Source of the DNA: Octopus vulgaris
Taxonomy: Eukaryota
Direction of reading: 5' to 3'
Assembly (NCBI GenBank): GCA_951406725.2
Contig: OX597825.1
Span: forward strand, 21,948,001-22,012,000
DNA: 64,000 nucleotides
The position numbers and the translations under genes were made by a program. Positions 42,573 through 55,244 of the stretch are shown here, one piece after another. Position 1 is the stretch's first letter. Each line of letters opens with the position of its first letter. The notes under the pieces are model-generated. The model saw nothing but the letters and a program-made list of their open reading frames with translations. It did no database searches and had not been told where the DNA came from.

Positions 42573-42711
42573 TAGGCGCAGGCGTGGTGGTGTGGTAAGA
42601 AGCTTGCTTACGAACCACATGGTCCCGGGTTCAGTATCACTGCGTGGCACCTTGGGCCGACCAGAGCCTTGTGAATGGATTTGGTAGACGGAAACTGAAA
42701 GAAGCCTGTCG

Positions 42712-42776
<65 letters not shown>

Positions 42777-43015
42777 ATGTGTGTGTGTGTGTGTGTATGT
42801 TTGTATGTCTGTGTTTGTCCCCTCAACATCGCATGACAACCGATGCTGGTGTGTTTACGTCCCCGTCACTTAGCGGTTCGGCAAGATAGACCGATAGAAT
42901 AAGTACTAGGCTTACGAAGAATAAGTCCTGGGTTCGATTTACTCGACTAAAGGCGGTGCTCCAGCATGGCCGCAGTCAAATAACTGAAACAAATAATATA
43001 ATAAAAGATTAAAGA
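42573..43015 (+). mobile_element. SINE family A, near full length
   Basis: A box tggtggtgtgg, B box ggttcagt, internal (TA)n(TG)n, A-rich tail. Confidence 0.88.
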
Positions 43016-45206
43016 ATGATGTTATCGATTTAGGTAATAAAGGAATAATTAAAATCTATATGCTAAGCTAAATGTTGATATAATTCCCCACAAAGGGTTT
43101 AACTGAAAATATAAACCAACAGTATAAATTTCTTGTTGACTTATACATCTACGTGGTAAATGCAACCATTACGTTGATCGTCTCTTCTGTGGTATTTATC
43201 CATGTGATACGAAAATGGGTAAGCTGTTGAATATAGGATAAAGAGTACTAGGTAGGCAAATGTACCCGAACGTCTATAACAATTTGAACATGTGTAGGTA
43301 TATCCATTACTCAATACCCATATTTTTTTCTATTTTGCGCTTTTGGTACATTGAGAAATAATGATGTGTAGAACACAGGAGCATATAGAATCCCTTTTAT
43401 CACGCCACTTCACCATACCCTGGTTAACTTTAGTATTGCTTTCATTATTTGAAGCTTGATTGTAATGCCTTGAGGACTATTGAAAGAGGACACCAAAGTA
43501 GATTAAGAAAAGCATGACAAAGACGTGGAAACGTTATGGATAAAGCAGGAAGAGATGGATGAAGAAGACAATGAGAACAAGCGAAAAAGGAAAAGAAAGA
43601 TAAATTCTTTTCATATATTGCAATATTTTTATTTTCATTTCTTTGCGACATATTACAAAATTGTATTTCCCCGATAATCGTGACAAGTCTGAAACGCAAG
43701 CAGTATAATGAACACGATTGTCAAACAATACGTTTTGTTCTTTGCTTCGGAGAGTTTTCAGCATTTTCTCTCCTTCCCTCTCTCTCTTCATGTCGCGTTT
43801 TGCTATCGGGAACCAATTTTCTTCGAATTCAGACCTAAACACACGCGCACAGCACCTCATGTCGTCACATACGTAAATATATGAGAAATTACATATGTCA
43901 GTTTTTTTCACTGTTTATTTCAAATATAAGATATTTAGCAATTTTTTTCGCGATATATCAACACGTATTAAGTTATTTTCCTACAGCTTTTCAACCAAAA
44001 TACCGTACTACAACAAAATGGATTGAAAATGCTAAAATATGAGCATATTAAAACATTATTTTATCATGTTCAACTATAAAAATGCAACCCAGGATTTTTT
44101 CTTAAGTTTCAAATATGTTAGGTATAAAAACACGGGTATGAACAACATCACGCACACAAACATAGAATGATCGTACTATAAGTATATGTTTGTGTGTAAC
44201 CACAATTCTAAACAGCCTTTTTTGATAAATCTAAAATAAGATAAGATAAAAGATTCAATTTTGAAATTTAAACTATTTTTGACTGAGATATTGGTTTTTA
44301 GTCTTCATTTTAAAGAATATCTTTGCTTCAAACCCACATGACCTTTTCTGTATCTGTCATTCGCTTCTTTATTCATCCTGTAAAAATTTTAGTCTTTTAT
44401 TGATTTCTTTATCATATTCACCCGCAAGTCTTCTCGTTGTTGTCACGGTTTTGTTGTAACCATTGTGATTTTAAAGACATTGTTACATTGTAGAAGGAAG
44501 ACAATACCAAATATTTTAACATGACACTCTTTGCTATTTTTCAATTTTATTATGCTAAAAACTTTATTGAACGTTTTGATGTTATGTCATCTATTTCGAT
44601 TTTGGCTGAAATATATAAACTTGTAAATGTAACATAAACGGTATTGCTTGAAGCGCTGTTTCTGCCTGCAGATATAGATGTGAAAAGAAATGCGTTTTGA
44701 ACTCAGGGATGCAGTTTGACCACAGGTAGAAAAATTCAAGCTTATATCCTGCTCGGGCAACACATCCTGCAACGTAACCGAACAATCATCAGATCTTTTC
44801 TTCATTTCGGTTTCAAAGAGCATAATTATTTTTTACCACTGTAATGTGCTTGATTAGCGATATTTTGTGAAAGTCTTCCAAATGAGAACGGTTTGGAAGT
44901 GAGAAGTGGAAAAGATTCAGAATGGCTAATTGTACCTGCTCTTTCTTCTATATTCTGCTCAATATAGGCAGAATGTATTATACTCTTGGCACACAACTCA
45001 AACCTGCCAGGATAAGTGCTAAAACTGAAGAAACGTCGGTATGGATACCTAAACTTCATTCTACATATGATTCCATGTATTATCCGATTGCATCAGGAAT
45101 GTCAGACAATTACCGACATTTTCATTAAACCATATGAGGATTTCCTACTCCCTTGCACTGAATAATCTCTGGATACACCCCGTCAGCTTTTGGTACATCA
45201 ATGCCA

Positions 45207-45281
45207 CATTTGGTAGACGGAAACTGAAAGAAGCCCGTCGTATATATGTATATGTATATATATATGTGTGTGTTTGTGTGC

Positions 45282-45350
<69 letters not shown>

Positions 45351-45550
45351 TGTGTTTGTACCCCCTCAAACTTCGCTTGACAACCGATGCTGGTGTGTTT
45401 ACGTTAACTGTAACATAGTGGTTCGACAAAATAGCCCGATAGAATAAGTACTTGGCTTACAAAGAATAAGTCCTGGGATCGATTTCCCCGACGAAAGCCG
45501 ATGTTCCAGGATGGCCACAGTCAAATGAGGTAAACAAGTAAGAGTAGAAG
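45207..45550 (+). mobile_element. SINE family A, 5'-truncated
   Basis: Colinear with 42680-43000. Confidence 0.8.
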
Positions 45551-46184
45551 TGTAAAAGAGCATATACACATATACGTACACACATACAACCGCATTTATT
45601 TATGTACATAAGCGACCGTCTTCATATATGCATGCGATTATATATATATATATATATATATGTGTGTGGTGTGTGTATGGTGTGCGTGTCTGTTACTGAT
45701 ATATAGTTAGATATGTAATAAATTATAACTAATAAATACGTGTGTGGAAATTCACCACACTGATGACTGCTTAAATAGCCGTGAAATCACATAAAATTTA
45801 ACCTGCGACCATTTTGAGTTTTTCAGAATAAATGAAAACATATCTTGTAATGAATGCGCTAACATCAAAAATATACTAAAATCTTTCATGATATCTGTCA
45901 AGTGTTATATCCATTAATTTTGTTATGGCTTATATCACTTTGAATGGGATTGAAAGTAATTCTAATTGCAAATCGCAATCCGTATCCGTTAAAGTTTGCT
46001 TCACTGGAAACAAATTTATAATGGAAATTCATTTGAAAAATACTTGACGGGAAATATCTTTGCATGCTTTATGGGATTATAGATATCTTATTGTCGATAG
46101 AATAGTTTGAGTCTGTATATTTTTAATATATTCATTTACATGCTACACAGTTAAGTAGAATAGATGTCAATAATACAAATGTAA

Positions 46185-46699
46185 AGACGCAAGCGTGGGT
46201 TTGCTTCTCAACCACACGGGGCCGTGTTCAGTCCCACTGCGTGATACCTCCAAGTGTATTTTACTGTAGAGCCGGGCCGAGTGAAGACTTGTGAGTGGAT
46301 TTAGTAGACGGAAACTGAAAGAAGCCTATCTGTCTATCTATACCCAGTATACCCATCATGACTACCCGTCTGATAAGCGTACACCAGGCACATGCATCAC
46401 AACCATATGTGCGCGACATGGTGATCTCCTATCAAGATAAACAGCACATGACTTTGCAGGTGGGGCCTAGTTAGAATTTTCTTCTGGTCGAGTAGCCCAT
46501 CCCGCTTAAAAGGTCTCTGAGTAAGGATTGTTTAAGGATGTTGGACGAACCACCCATGTTTCCAAAGGTGAATTATCCAAACGTCCAAGAATTCCCCCAC
46601 TACTTCTGCTCGTGGTCAGAGGTGCACATATCGTCAGCCACTAACGGACATAGTCAACTGGTAAGGTCCAACAACTGACAAGCAAATGTGTGGTTTTGA

Positions 46700-46735
<36 letters not shown>

Positions 46736-46830
46736 GACGGGCTTCTTTCAGTTTCCACGCAGTGGGACTGAACCCGGAAGCATGCCGTTCGTAAGCAAAC
46801 AACTTACCACACAGCCACTCCTACGCCTAT
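46185..46830. mobile_element. Composite: SINE A head (+, 46185-46330), LINE family D 3' UTR (-, 46340-46700), SINE A head (-, 46735-46830)
   Basis: 46340-46700 is the reverse complement of ~56245-56630; the flanks match SINE A heads. Confidence 0.75.
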
Positions 46831-46843
46831 ATTTATATATATG

Positions 46844-46874
<31 letters not shown>

Positions 46875-47382
46875 GTATGTATATATATATATGAATATAT
46901 ATATATGCATATATATATTTATATATGTTCATTTACATACCTATATACACAAGCAAATGTGTATGTGCATGCACACAAACATGTTCAAACACAGACTTCT
47001 TTTTTAAAACAGTCCCTTATGTACGCAATTTACATGCCAGAGAGAGAGAGTGGGGGGACCGCGTGTGTCTGGAGGTATCTATAACACAGCCTCAATTAAT
47101 CTCGCAAATTAGAGGCCCTTTATACCTAACAGCTCTCAAGAAAACGAAACAAATTAGAGATACGAATGGAAAGCAGCACTATAGTGTCTCTCCTTGCTAT
47201 GTCTGTGTTAACAATATTTACCTCCCTTGTAGAGTAATATCGATTCATCACTCAATCTTCTAGAAAAAGACGCCATATACCACAAACCATTCTCTAGTGT
47301 TTGAAACAATTTATATATATATTGGATAAATTAGTGTAATAAATACAATTATAAAAGCCAATACGCCTCCCTAGATCTTGTA

Positions 47383-47385
<3 letters not shown>

Positions 47386-47446
<61 letters not shown>

Positions 47447-47505
47447 TATATATAAATATAATATATATATATATACGTATATATACATATATATATATAT
47501 AATAA

Positions 47506-47551
<46 letters not shown>

Positions 47552-47563
47552 GTATATTTATAC

Positions 47564-47594
<31 letters not shown>

Positions 47595-47683
47595 CTATAT
47601 ATAATATATATATATATATATAAATATGTATATTTATACATATATACATAAATATATATATATATATATATGTATATATATTT

Positions 47684-47728
<45 letters not shown>

Positions 47729-47750
47729 GTGTTTATATGTATATTTATAC

Positions 47751-47840
<90 letters not shown>

Positions 47841-47847
47841 TACATAA

Positions 47848-47886
<39 letters not shown>

Positions 47887-47916
47887 ATATGTATATGTAT
47901 ATTTATACATATATAC

Positions 47917-47973
<57 letters not shown>

Positions 47974-48058
47974 TATATATATATATACGTATATATACAT
48001 ATATAAATATAATATATATATATATGTGTGTGTGTGTATATGTAATGTATATTTATAC

Positions 48059-48105
<47 letters not shown>

Positions 48106-48133
48106 ATATGTACATGTATATTTATACATATAC

Positions 48134-48178
<45 letters not shown>

Positions 48179-48190
48179 AGATACATACAT
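47386..48190. repeat. ~800 bp degenerate (TA)n tract with recurring tgtatatttatacatat motif
   Basis: Directly visible. Confidence 0.9.
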
Positions 48191-49789
48191 ATACATACGT
48201 GATAAACCAAGAGGAAATTGCCGGGTGGCAATTTCCCTCACGATAAAGGAAATAAAATATTACGTAATATATATCATATATAATATACATGAAATGTGTG
48301 GGTGTTCTTGTGTGTGTGTGGTAATGCGTGGATATAAATATATATATATATATATATGTGTGTGAGTGTATGTGTGTCTGTACATCAGAATGTACATGTT
48401 ATGTATGTGAACGTGCTGGCGCATGTAAATTCGTGTTTGTTTCTATAGATAAATGAGTATGTGATATCTCAGCACGTCTTCTGTGGAGAGACATTAAGAA
48501 TTAAGAAATTATATTTCGCGAATATAAAACTTGAAGTGGAATATCAACCACTTGAAGATATTAACATTAACATCAATAGAATGTAAGAAAATGAAAGACC
48601 TAAGAATAAAACAACAACAAGGACAAATAATAAACAAAAGTGAATTTAACATATTTGTTGTATGTTAATATGAAATAATATCATTTTGGGATTAGTTTTC
48701 AACAGAACAATATTTGATATCAAATAGAGAAGAATAATGGCAACATTTTAGCTTCTTTAAATATTAATGTTTTCTTATATAGAAGCAAAGCGACAATTTA
48801 TTTTGGAAAATAAAAGTAAAACCGATTAACTTGACGCCGTTACGTCGCAAATACTTACTTTCAGCAACACCCAAATGAGATGTAAATATTAATCGGCTTT
48901 CGTGTGGTTTGAACCAGCGACTATAGAAAGAGCAGCTCTATTTGGCCCAACCACATTGAAAAGGTTTTGCCCTTATGCTTGTGTGATGGATTGTGTGTGT
49001 CAAGGAGCCTAATAGCTATACCGATCGAGCGAATGCTTGTAGTAGGTCAGCTCAAAGCATAGATGCGAGACTAATGTGGAATACCTCTTTCCAGATGTAA
49101 AAAATGGGTTTGCATAAGGTCAAAGCCCCTATCTAGATAAAAGCAAAGATATCGAATCATCGATAACAATTCAAAACCAACAAGGACTGAATGAATAAAC
49201 GTTAAGGAAATCAGTATGGATGAAATTGCCACTCGCCTAAAAGTTAGAAATTGGAAGCAAAACCTGAATATAATTCGCAAGGTTCGCTTTACACCCTTAA
49301 AACATAATTTCTACTAATGATATCGTTGTTACAGAATTCAGCCACCCTTATTTTGCTTCTGGAAAGATTTCAAAGATCTTATCTGGTAAAAAACAGTCAA
49401 CAAGCCAAACTATATCCGCAAAAAGCATATTCGGCGAGAACGAAATCTTCAAACAATTGACTTACCTAGATTTTTCACATGGTACTTAAAAATCTTAATA
49501 TTTGAGAATATCAAACCAGGTAAAATACTAAAATTAAAGAGAAAATGCGATTTAACAGAAAATCTATACTAGACATTCATACAACTATAAAAAATATTAT
49601 ATATGAAGACGGTCGCATGTGTACATAAATAAATGTATGTGTTTGTATGTGTATACGTATACAGTTTTACGCTTTTACTTGTTTCAGTCATTTGATGGCG
49701 GCCATGAAGAAGCACCGCCTTTGGACGAACACGTCGACCCTCAGGACTTATTCCTTCATAAGCCTCCCCCCGCCGTCGGGGGCCGGGGC

Positions 49790-49930
49790 GCTTATGAAGC
49801 AGATAGAAGAGACAGGCAATAAGTACTTGGGGATATTGGAAATGGATAAATTGATGGAGAAAGAAATGACAGAAAATATTAAGGTGGATTACTTACGCAG
49901 ACTGAGACTGATCCTTAAAGTAGAAATTAA
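49790..49930 (+). mobile_element. R4/Dong-like reverse transcriptase C-terminal fragment
   Basis: MKQIEETGNKYLGILEMDKLMEKEMTENIKVDYLRRLRLILK, matching the (Y)KYLG motif and downstream thumb region; cut at TTAA 49927-49930. Confidence 0.75.
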
Positions 49931-50555
49931 CCCTTGGTCCACCAGAGAAAATGTATGTCACTAATCCCCAACAGGGTCTAATGGACCCAATATTTTTCTT
50001 TTAATTAAATTTTATTCAAACTACCACTACTTCTTAGCTACATTATATATGCCCTCAGGTGAATGAAGAATTACTCTTTCTCAAAAATTTTAATAAAAAT
50101 AAAGCTTTCATAATATATTATAAATTTTAAAAATTACAAAAATACAGAATTACAGAATTACAGTCTGAATATGCCACTGTCTTCTTTTATGCTTGAAACT
50201 TTGCAAATGAATCTGTTTAGCTACAATGAAAGCATTCACTGCATTTATATCAATCATGTTGTAGAATGTAAACATAAGCTGTCTTCGAGTCCTTCTACTG
50301 CAAGTGTATGTCCTTACCACCTTATCTAGGGTACCTAGTGTATCATTTGTGAAAGCACTTGGAAGTTCGACTCTGTTCTTCCTAACTAAAGTAGTTTTCT
50401 TGCTAAGCAGCTTTCGAGCCAAGCCTAACTTTGCAAAAAAAATTATCATAAGCTATATTGCGACCAGTTTTTTCAAGTTCTTTTACTAGGTCTTCAACAA
50501 CTCTTGAACCTTGATTTGTTTCTGTCTCTTCTGAGGAAGAGTATAAAAACTTGTG
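49931..50555 (-). mobile_element. piggyBac transposon 3' end with transposase remnant
   Basis: Terminus TTAA|CCCTT at 49927-49935. The minus strand gives TLDKVVRTYTCSRRTRRQLMFTFYNMIDINAVNAFIV, resembling the piggyBac region around the third catalytic Asp. The left boundary of the element is uncertain. Confidence 0.8.
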
Positions 50556-50618
50556 GTTATATGAAGACGATACAATCACACACTAAATAATACCTAAATG
50601 ATAATAATAATAATAATG

Positions 50619-50676
<58 letters not shown>

Positions 50677-50686
50677 TAACAACAAT

Positions 50687-50722
<36 letters not shown>

Positions 50723-50758
50723 AATAATAATAATAATAATAACAACAACAACAACAAC

Positions 50759-50809
<51 letters not shown>

Positions 50810-50812
<3 letters not shown>

Positions 50813-51206
50813 CAGAAAAGAAAAATAAGCATGCCTGATAATTGATAGCATATCCTGGCGCCAATATTACTGAAGAGAAAGAACCAGAAGGGGTAATCAA
50901 TTATGATGAATTCAAGTGGAAATTACGCAGGTTGTGGGCAACACAAATGTGGACGTGAGGGTAATAATGATTCGTGCACTTGGAAGTTTCAGTAGACAAC
51001 TACCAACATGGCTTAAAATTATTTGAACGAATGTAAAGAGAGAAAAATCTACAAAAAAATCATCATGGCTTGGAGCTGCAGGAATACTCTGCAGGACTCT
51101 TGAAGCATAATCAGTAAAGTAGTTTCACCTTATGGTGTGGGCTGTGGACAGCTGCGACGTTGCATCATACCCAGCAAAATAAAGCTGAGATTTTTCATGC
51201 TATAAT
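50810..51206 (+). mobile_element. R4/Dong-like LINE 3' end (family A-like), decayed
   Basis: ACLIID...EEKEPEGVINYDEFKWKLRRLW...IRALGSFSRQLPTWLK resembles 18858-19079; follows (TAA)n. Confidence 0.75.
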
Positions 51207-51886
51207 ATTCCTTTCTACCAAAGGCAAATGACCCGAAATTTTCGGGGAGGAGACTAGTCCATTATATCGTCACAAGTGTTTCACTGGTACTTCATTTATC
51301 TTCCCCGAAAGGATAAGGGGTAAAGTTAACCTCAGCGGAATTTGAACGCAGAACGTAGCGAAGGGCGAAACACCGCTAAGATTTTCGCCCAGTAGGCTAA
51401 CGATTCTGTCACCTCGCCGCCTTTTTTCATGCTATAATAACCCTTTCTACTATAGCTACAAGGCCTGAAATTTCTGAGGCGGAACCTAATCAAGTACATC
51501 GACCCAAGTGTTTCCATGGTACGTAATCTTTCGTCCCCGAATGGATAAAAGGCAAAGTCGACTTCAGCCGAATTTGAACTCAGAAAGTAACGACACGCAA
51601 AATATCGTTAAGCATTTCGTCCTGCGTGCTAACGATTCTGCCAACTCGTCGCCTTTTCTGATGCTATAATAATCCTTCCTATATTAGGCACAGGGCCTGA
51701 AACGTAAGGGAAGGGTAATAGTCGATTACATCGTCTCCAGTGTTTCACTGGTACTTATTTATTGGCCCCGAAAAGATGAAAGGCAAAGTCGACCTCGGTG
51801 GTAGTTTAACTCAGAACGTAGCGGCAGACGAAATATTGCGAAGCATCTTTCCCAGCGTGCTAACGATTCTGCAAACTCGCTGCCTT
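51207..51886 (-). mobile_element. Three complete tandem SINE family C copies
   Basis: Period ~232 bp; junction motif (c)atgctataat at 51196, 51428, 51661 and 51891. Confidence 0.85.
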
Positions 51887-52139
51887 TCTTCATGCTATAA
51901 TAATAAGAATACTTGGTACTAGTAATATCGAAAACATCACCGAAACAGTGTATAAATTCAAGAACAGAATTGTGTATTACTGGACAAATAATTGAAAGTT
52001 TAGGAGCTTCAGGAATATGATTGTTGTAAGACAGATCGAAAATGAGTAACTGAATTCCTAAATAAAGCCCCAGGTTGAAGCCATTATAACGAATTTCACA
52101 AAGATGAATGTTAATAGAACCCTGCTATAGAGCAGGTGC

Positions 52140-52355
52140 TGAAGGAATGAGAAAAAGGACAGGTGTATTGACCAACTCTATACTGAGCGCAGAAAGTTAG
52201 CTCAAAATAAATATGTAGACATGATTGCATAGTTTAGTGCATTGTGATTTTAACTATGTTAGTAAATTCGAAGTGAGAGAATGTGACTTGGACATAAGTC
52301 AGAAGCTGTGATGGTGAGTAATTACAGGATTTTATTTTGTTTTACTATGGAGATT
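52140..52355 (+). mobile_element. Old REL-type LINE remnant, probably continuing at ~55325-55660
   Basis: Fragmentary translation TERRKLAQNKY..HD...HKSEAVM...YRIL. After the inserts, KEIVKTEKFQDL appears at ~55404-55440. Heavily decayed. Confidence 0.45.
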
Positions 52356-52572
52356 AGTCTTACTCTCTTTTACTCTTTTACTTGTTTCAGTCATTTGACT
52401 GCGGCCATGCTGAGGCACCGCCTTTAATCGAGCAAATCGACCCCCGGGACTTATTCTTTGTATGCCCAGTACTTATTCTATCGGTCTCTTTTTTGCCGAA
52501 CCGCTAAGTAACGGGGACGTAAACACACCAGCATCGGTTGTCAAGCAATGCTAAGGGGACAAACACAGACAG

Positions 52573-52613
<41 letters not shown>

Positions 52614-52778
52614 TACGACAGGCTTCTTTCAGTTTCCGTCTACCAAATCTACTCACAAGGTATTGGTCAGCCCGGGGCTATAGCAGAAGACACTTGCCCA
52701 AGATGCCACGCAGTGGGACTGAACCTGGAACCATGTGGTTGGTAGGCAAGCTACTTACCACACAGCCACTCCTGCGTA

Positions 52779-52833
<55 letters not shown>

Positions 52834-52842
52834 ATATATGTA

Positions 52843-52894
<52 letters not shown>

Positions 52895-53043
52895 CATATA
52901 TACGACAGGCTTCTTTCAGTTTCCGTCTATCAAATCCACTCACAAGGCATTGGTCAGCCCGGGGCTACAGCAGAAGACACTTGCCCAAGATGCCACGCAG
53001 TGGGACTGAACCCGGAACCATGTGGTTGGTTAGCAAGCTACTT

Positions 53044-55244
53044 TATTTCAAAACATTTGCCATAAAGGCAGTACACAGATTAAGTTAGCTTTGCGGGCTG
53101 GACGAGGACATTAATGAGGTGAATGATAATGAAAGAAAGATGATAAGGATGGGAGAAGACAAAAAGCGCCCGCCGACTTTTGCTTCTCTAAAACATTGTT
53201 CTTTTTAAAGATAAACACAAAACGAGGTATTAAACCTCTTACAATTTTTACAAAACGAGGTATTAATCCTCTTACAATTTTTCAATTTTTGGACTTAAGT
53301 CCATTACTAATAATACATATCGTCCTCGAAATAGCTTGTGCCCGCGCCCTCCACCATCAACCACGCCTCCCTCAGAACGTAATCAAGTTCCGAGTTCGCG
53401 TCGCCCGGGACCAAGTTATAATCTTCATTGAGCTCATTTAGCCCAAGCGTCACGTCGAACGCCACGGCCTCCACAGCTACCTGCGGAGGCCGTTCGGGGT
53501 CCTGTGTGAAGGCTAAAGGTGCTCCCTTGTAGTGCTCTTCCATCACTTTTTCAATTTCTCCTCCTCTATAGAAGAGGACCAATACATTCAGTTCTTTCGT
53601 TGGCGGCACAGTTCCCGCCAACGGTATTCCTTCTATTGTCGGTGGCACAACCCCAACCGACGTAGTTCCGGGACATTCCGGTGCTACACTGACAGCCGGT
53701 AATGTCCCGTTTTTCTTCCTCTTTTTCTTTTTTTTTCCCTTTTCAACTGAGGGAGGGTGCGCTCCTCCGTGGCTGGAAGATTCGCCTTCCTCTCCTCATC
53801 CCTATTATCCTTTGGTGAGCACCCATTGTTGCTCACCTTCCTCTTTCGGCCTCTGTTTGAGGAGTCCTCTGCTTTACGGCTGTTATCGTTCCCTCTTCTA
53901 GAGGGGTTTTACTTAACTGTTCCGGGATCCTAATTTGTTCCCGAGGACAGTTCTTCTTTATGTGGCCGGACTCCAAGCACCGATGACACTTAGGGGGCGA
54001 CCCTCAAGCATCACCGGGTACCTGCACCCGGCCATTTTCAAAAAATCTGGAAGAACCAGATTGGCTGATTGGGTCCACAGGGTCAAAATTGCTTTTGACC
54101 CAACCCAAGCAGCCGCAGGAAGAACTTTTACATTGAGGAGCTTAGTTTCGCTGTCACCCAGACCCCGGCGGATAGTCTCCTCTATCCACTCGGGTTCTAT
54201 GTCGGGTGGCAATCCGCAGATCCAAGCTTTCATCAATTTCTTTTTTTTGTACGTGGGCAGGAATAAGATTTCCTTACCCTCCAGGGGTTTGCTAGCAAGT
54301 TTGCAAGCCTTTTCAGGGGTGTCAAATAGCAACCACACCGTTGCATATTTGACACCCCTGGAAATGAATTTAATTGTTGGCAAATACTCTACCAACTCCT
54401 CCTCAATTGCCGTCTTTTCGAATAGGGCGATGGTGTCGAGTGCCTTGGAGTAGGTTCTCAACACCACCGTCCTATCTTCACGGTCTTTTAACCACTTTTT
54501 AGGTGGTATGATTTCCCACTCCAAATTTTTTTTATTTTTCATTGCCATGTTTTTTTAAAAATATATTCAAATTAAACTCAAAAAGCAGGAAGAAAAGAGT
54601 TCAAAAGTCCAAATAAAATTTGATAGATTTTGGAAAAAACAAAAAGGAGAAAGCACAACAGAAGGGAAGAAATCAACGGAAAGTCGCAATAAAGAAAAAA
54701 AACAAAAGGGGGGCTTAAATGAAGTTCAAAATAAAGTTAATAAACAGAAAAAACACAGCAAAAATATTCTGGCCTTGCGGTACTCCCGGCCTGGGTTGAA
54801 CCTGGAACGCCGCAACTGCAACACAACCTCCACAAAAATGGGTCCGAAAGGTAATCCAATAGTGGCTTATTTTTATAATTTTTTATAATTTTTATAATTT
54901 TTATAATTTTCAACAAACCCAAACACAGCACTGGCTACCGCCAACGGTAATTTTAACAGTAACTGTATTGAATTCTGAGGATACGCCCCTCCACTATTTT
55001 TTCTTTTTTTTTTGCAATGAACACAAAAACGGCAGCCGCCGAGAGTAGGCGAAATTGTCTCAGAGTTGGACACAACTTACTGAAATAATAATTGGCACGC
55101 AATAAATTATGCCCAACTCACAATAAACAAAATCACTTACCTCGACAACTTTCGTTTTTGGTCTTTTTTCTTTAATTGGACGGGGCTGATTGACTCGCGT
55201 CCACTCTAGCTGAACAGGAAGCAACTGACTAATTGCGCATGTGC
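53044..55244 (-). mobile_element. ORF1-only non-autonomous non-LTR retroelement
   Basis: TSD gttagcaagctactt (53029-53043) versus gttagcaaagctactt (55245-55260). ~700 bp 5' UTR, a single gag/ORF1-like frame, ~260 bp 3' UTR ending at aataaa; no RT or endonuclease sequence. Confidence 0.8.
53307..54548 (-). pseudogene. LINE ORF1-like nucleic-acid-binding protein (~410 codons, frameshifted)
   Basis: 196-aa ORF with putative RRM-like segments (VWLLFDTPEKA; KAWICGLPPDIEPEWIEE). Restoring one base in the C-run near 53993-53997 gives EGRPPKCHRCLESGHIKKNCP (C-X2-C-X4-H-X4-C). A Lys-rich tract follows, then the 53307-53648 frame. Confidence 0.8.

Noticed and set aside
44587-45200. Complex sequence with short ORFs, possible exon or transposase remnant
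   Set aside because: No recognisable motif or consistent reading frame.
47371-48365. Long YI-repeat ORFs (e.g. 286 aa) and similar ORFs throughout the window
   Set aside because: Translations of (TA)n/(CA)n/(ATAG)n microsatellites, which lack stops in some frames.
51191-51903. CRISPR-like regularly spaced short repeat
   Set aside because: The spacers are homologous SINE copies, the context is eukaryotic and there are no cas genes.
53935-54453. 172-aa plus-strand ORF
   Set aside because: Antisense shadow of the minus-strand ORF1.
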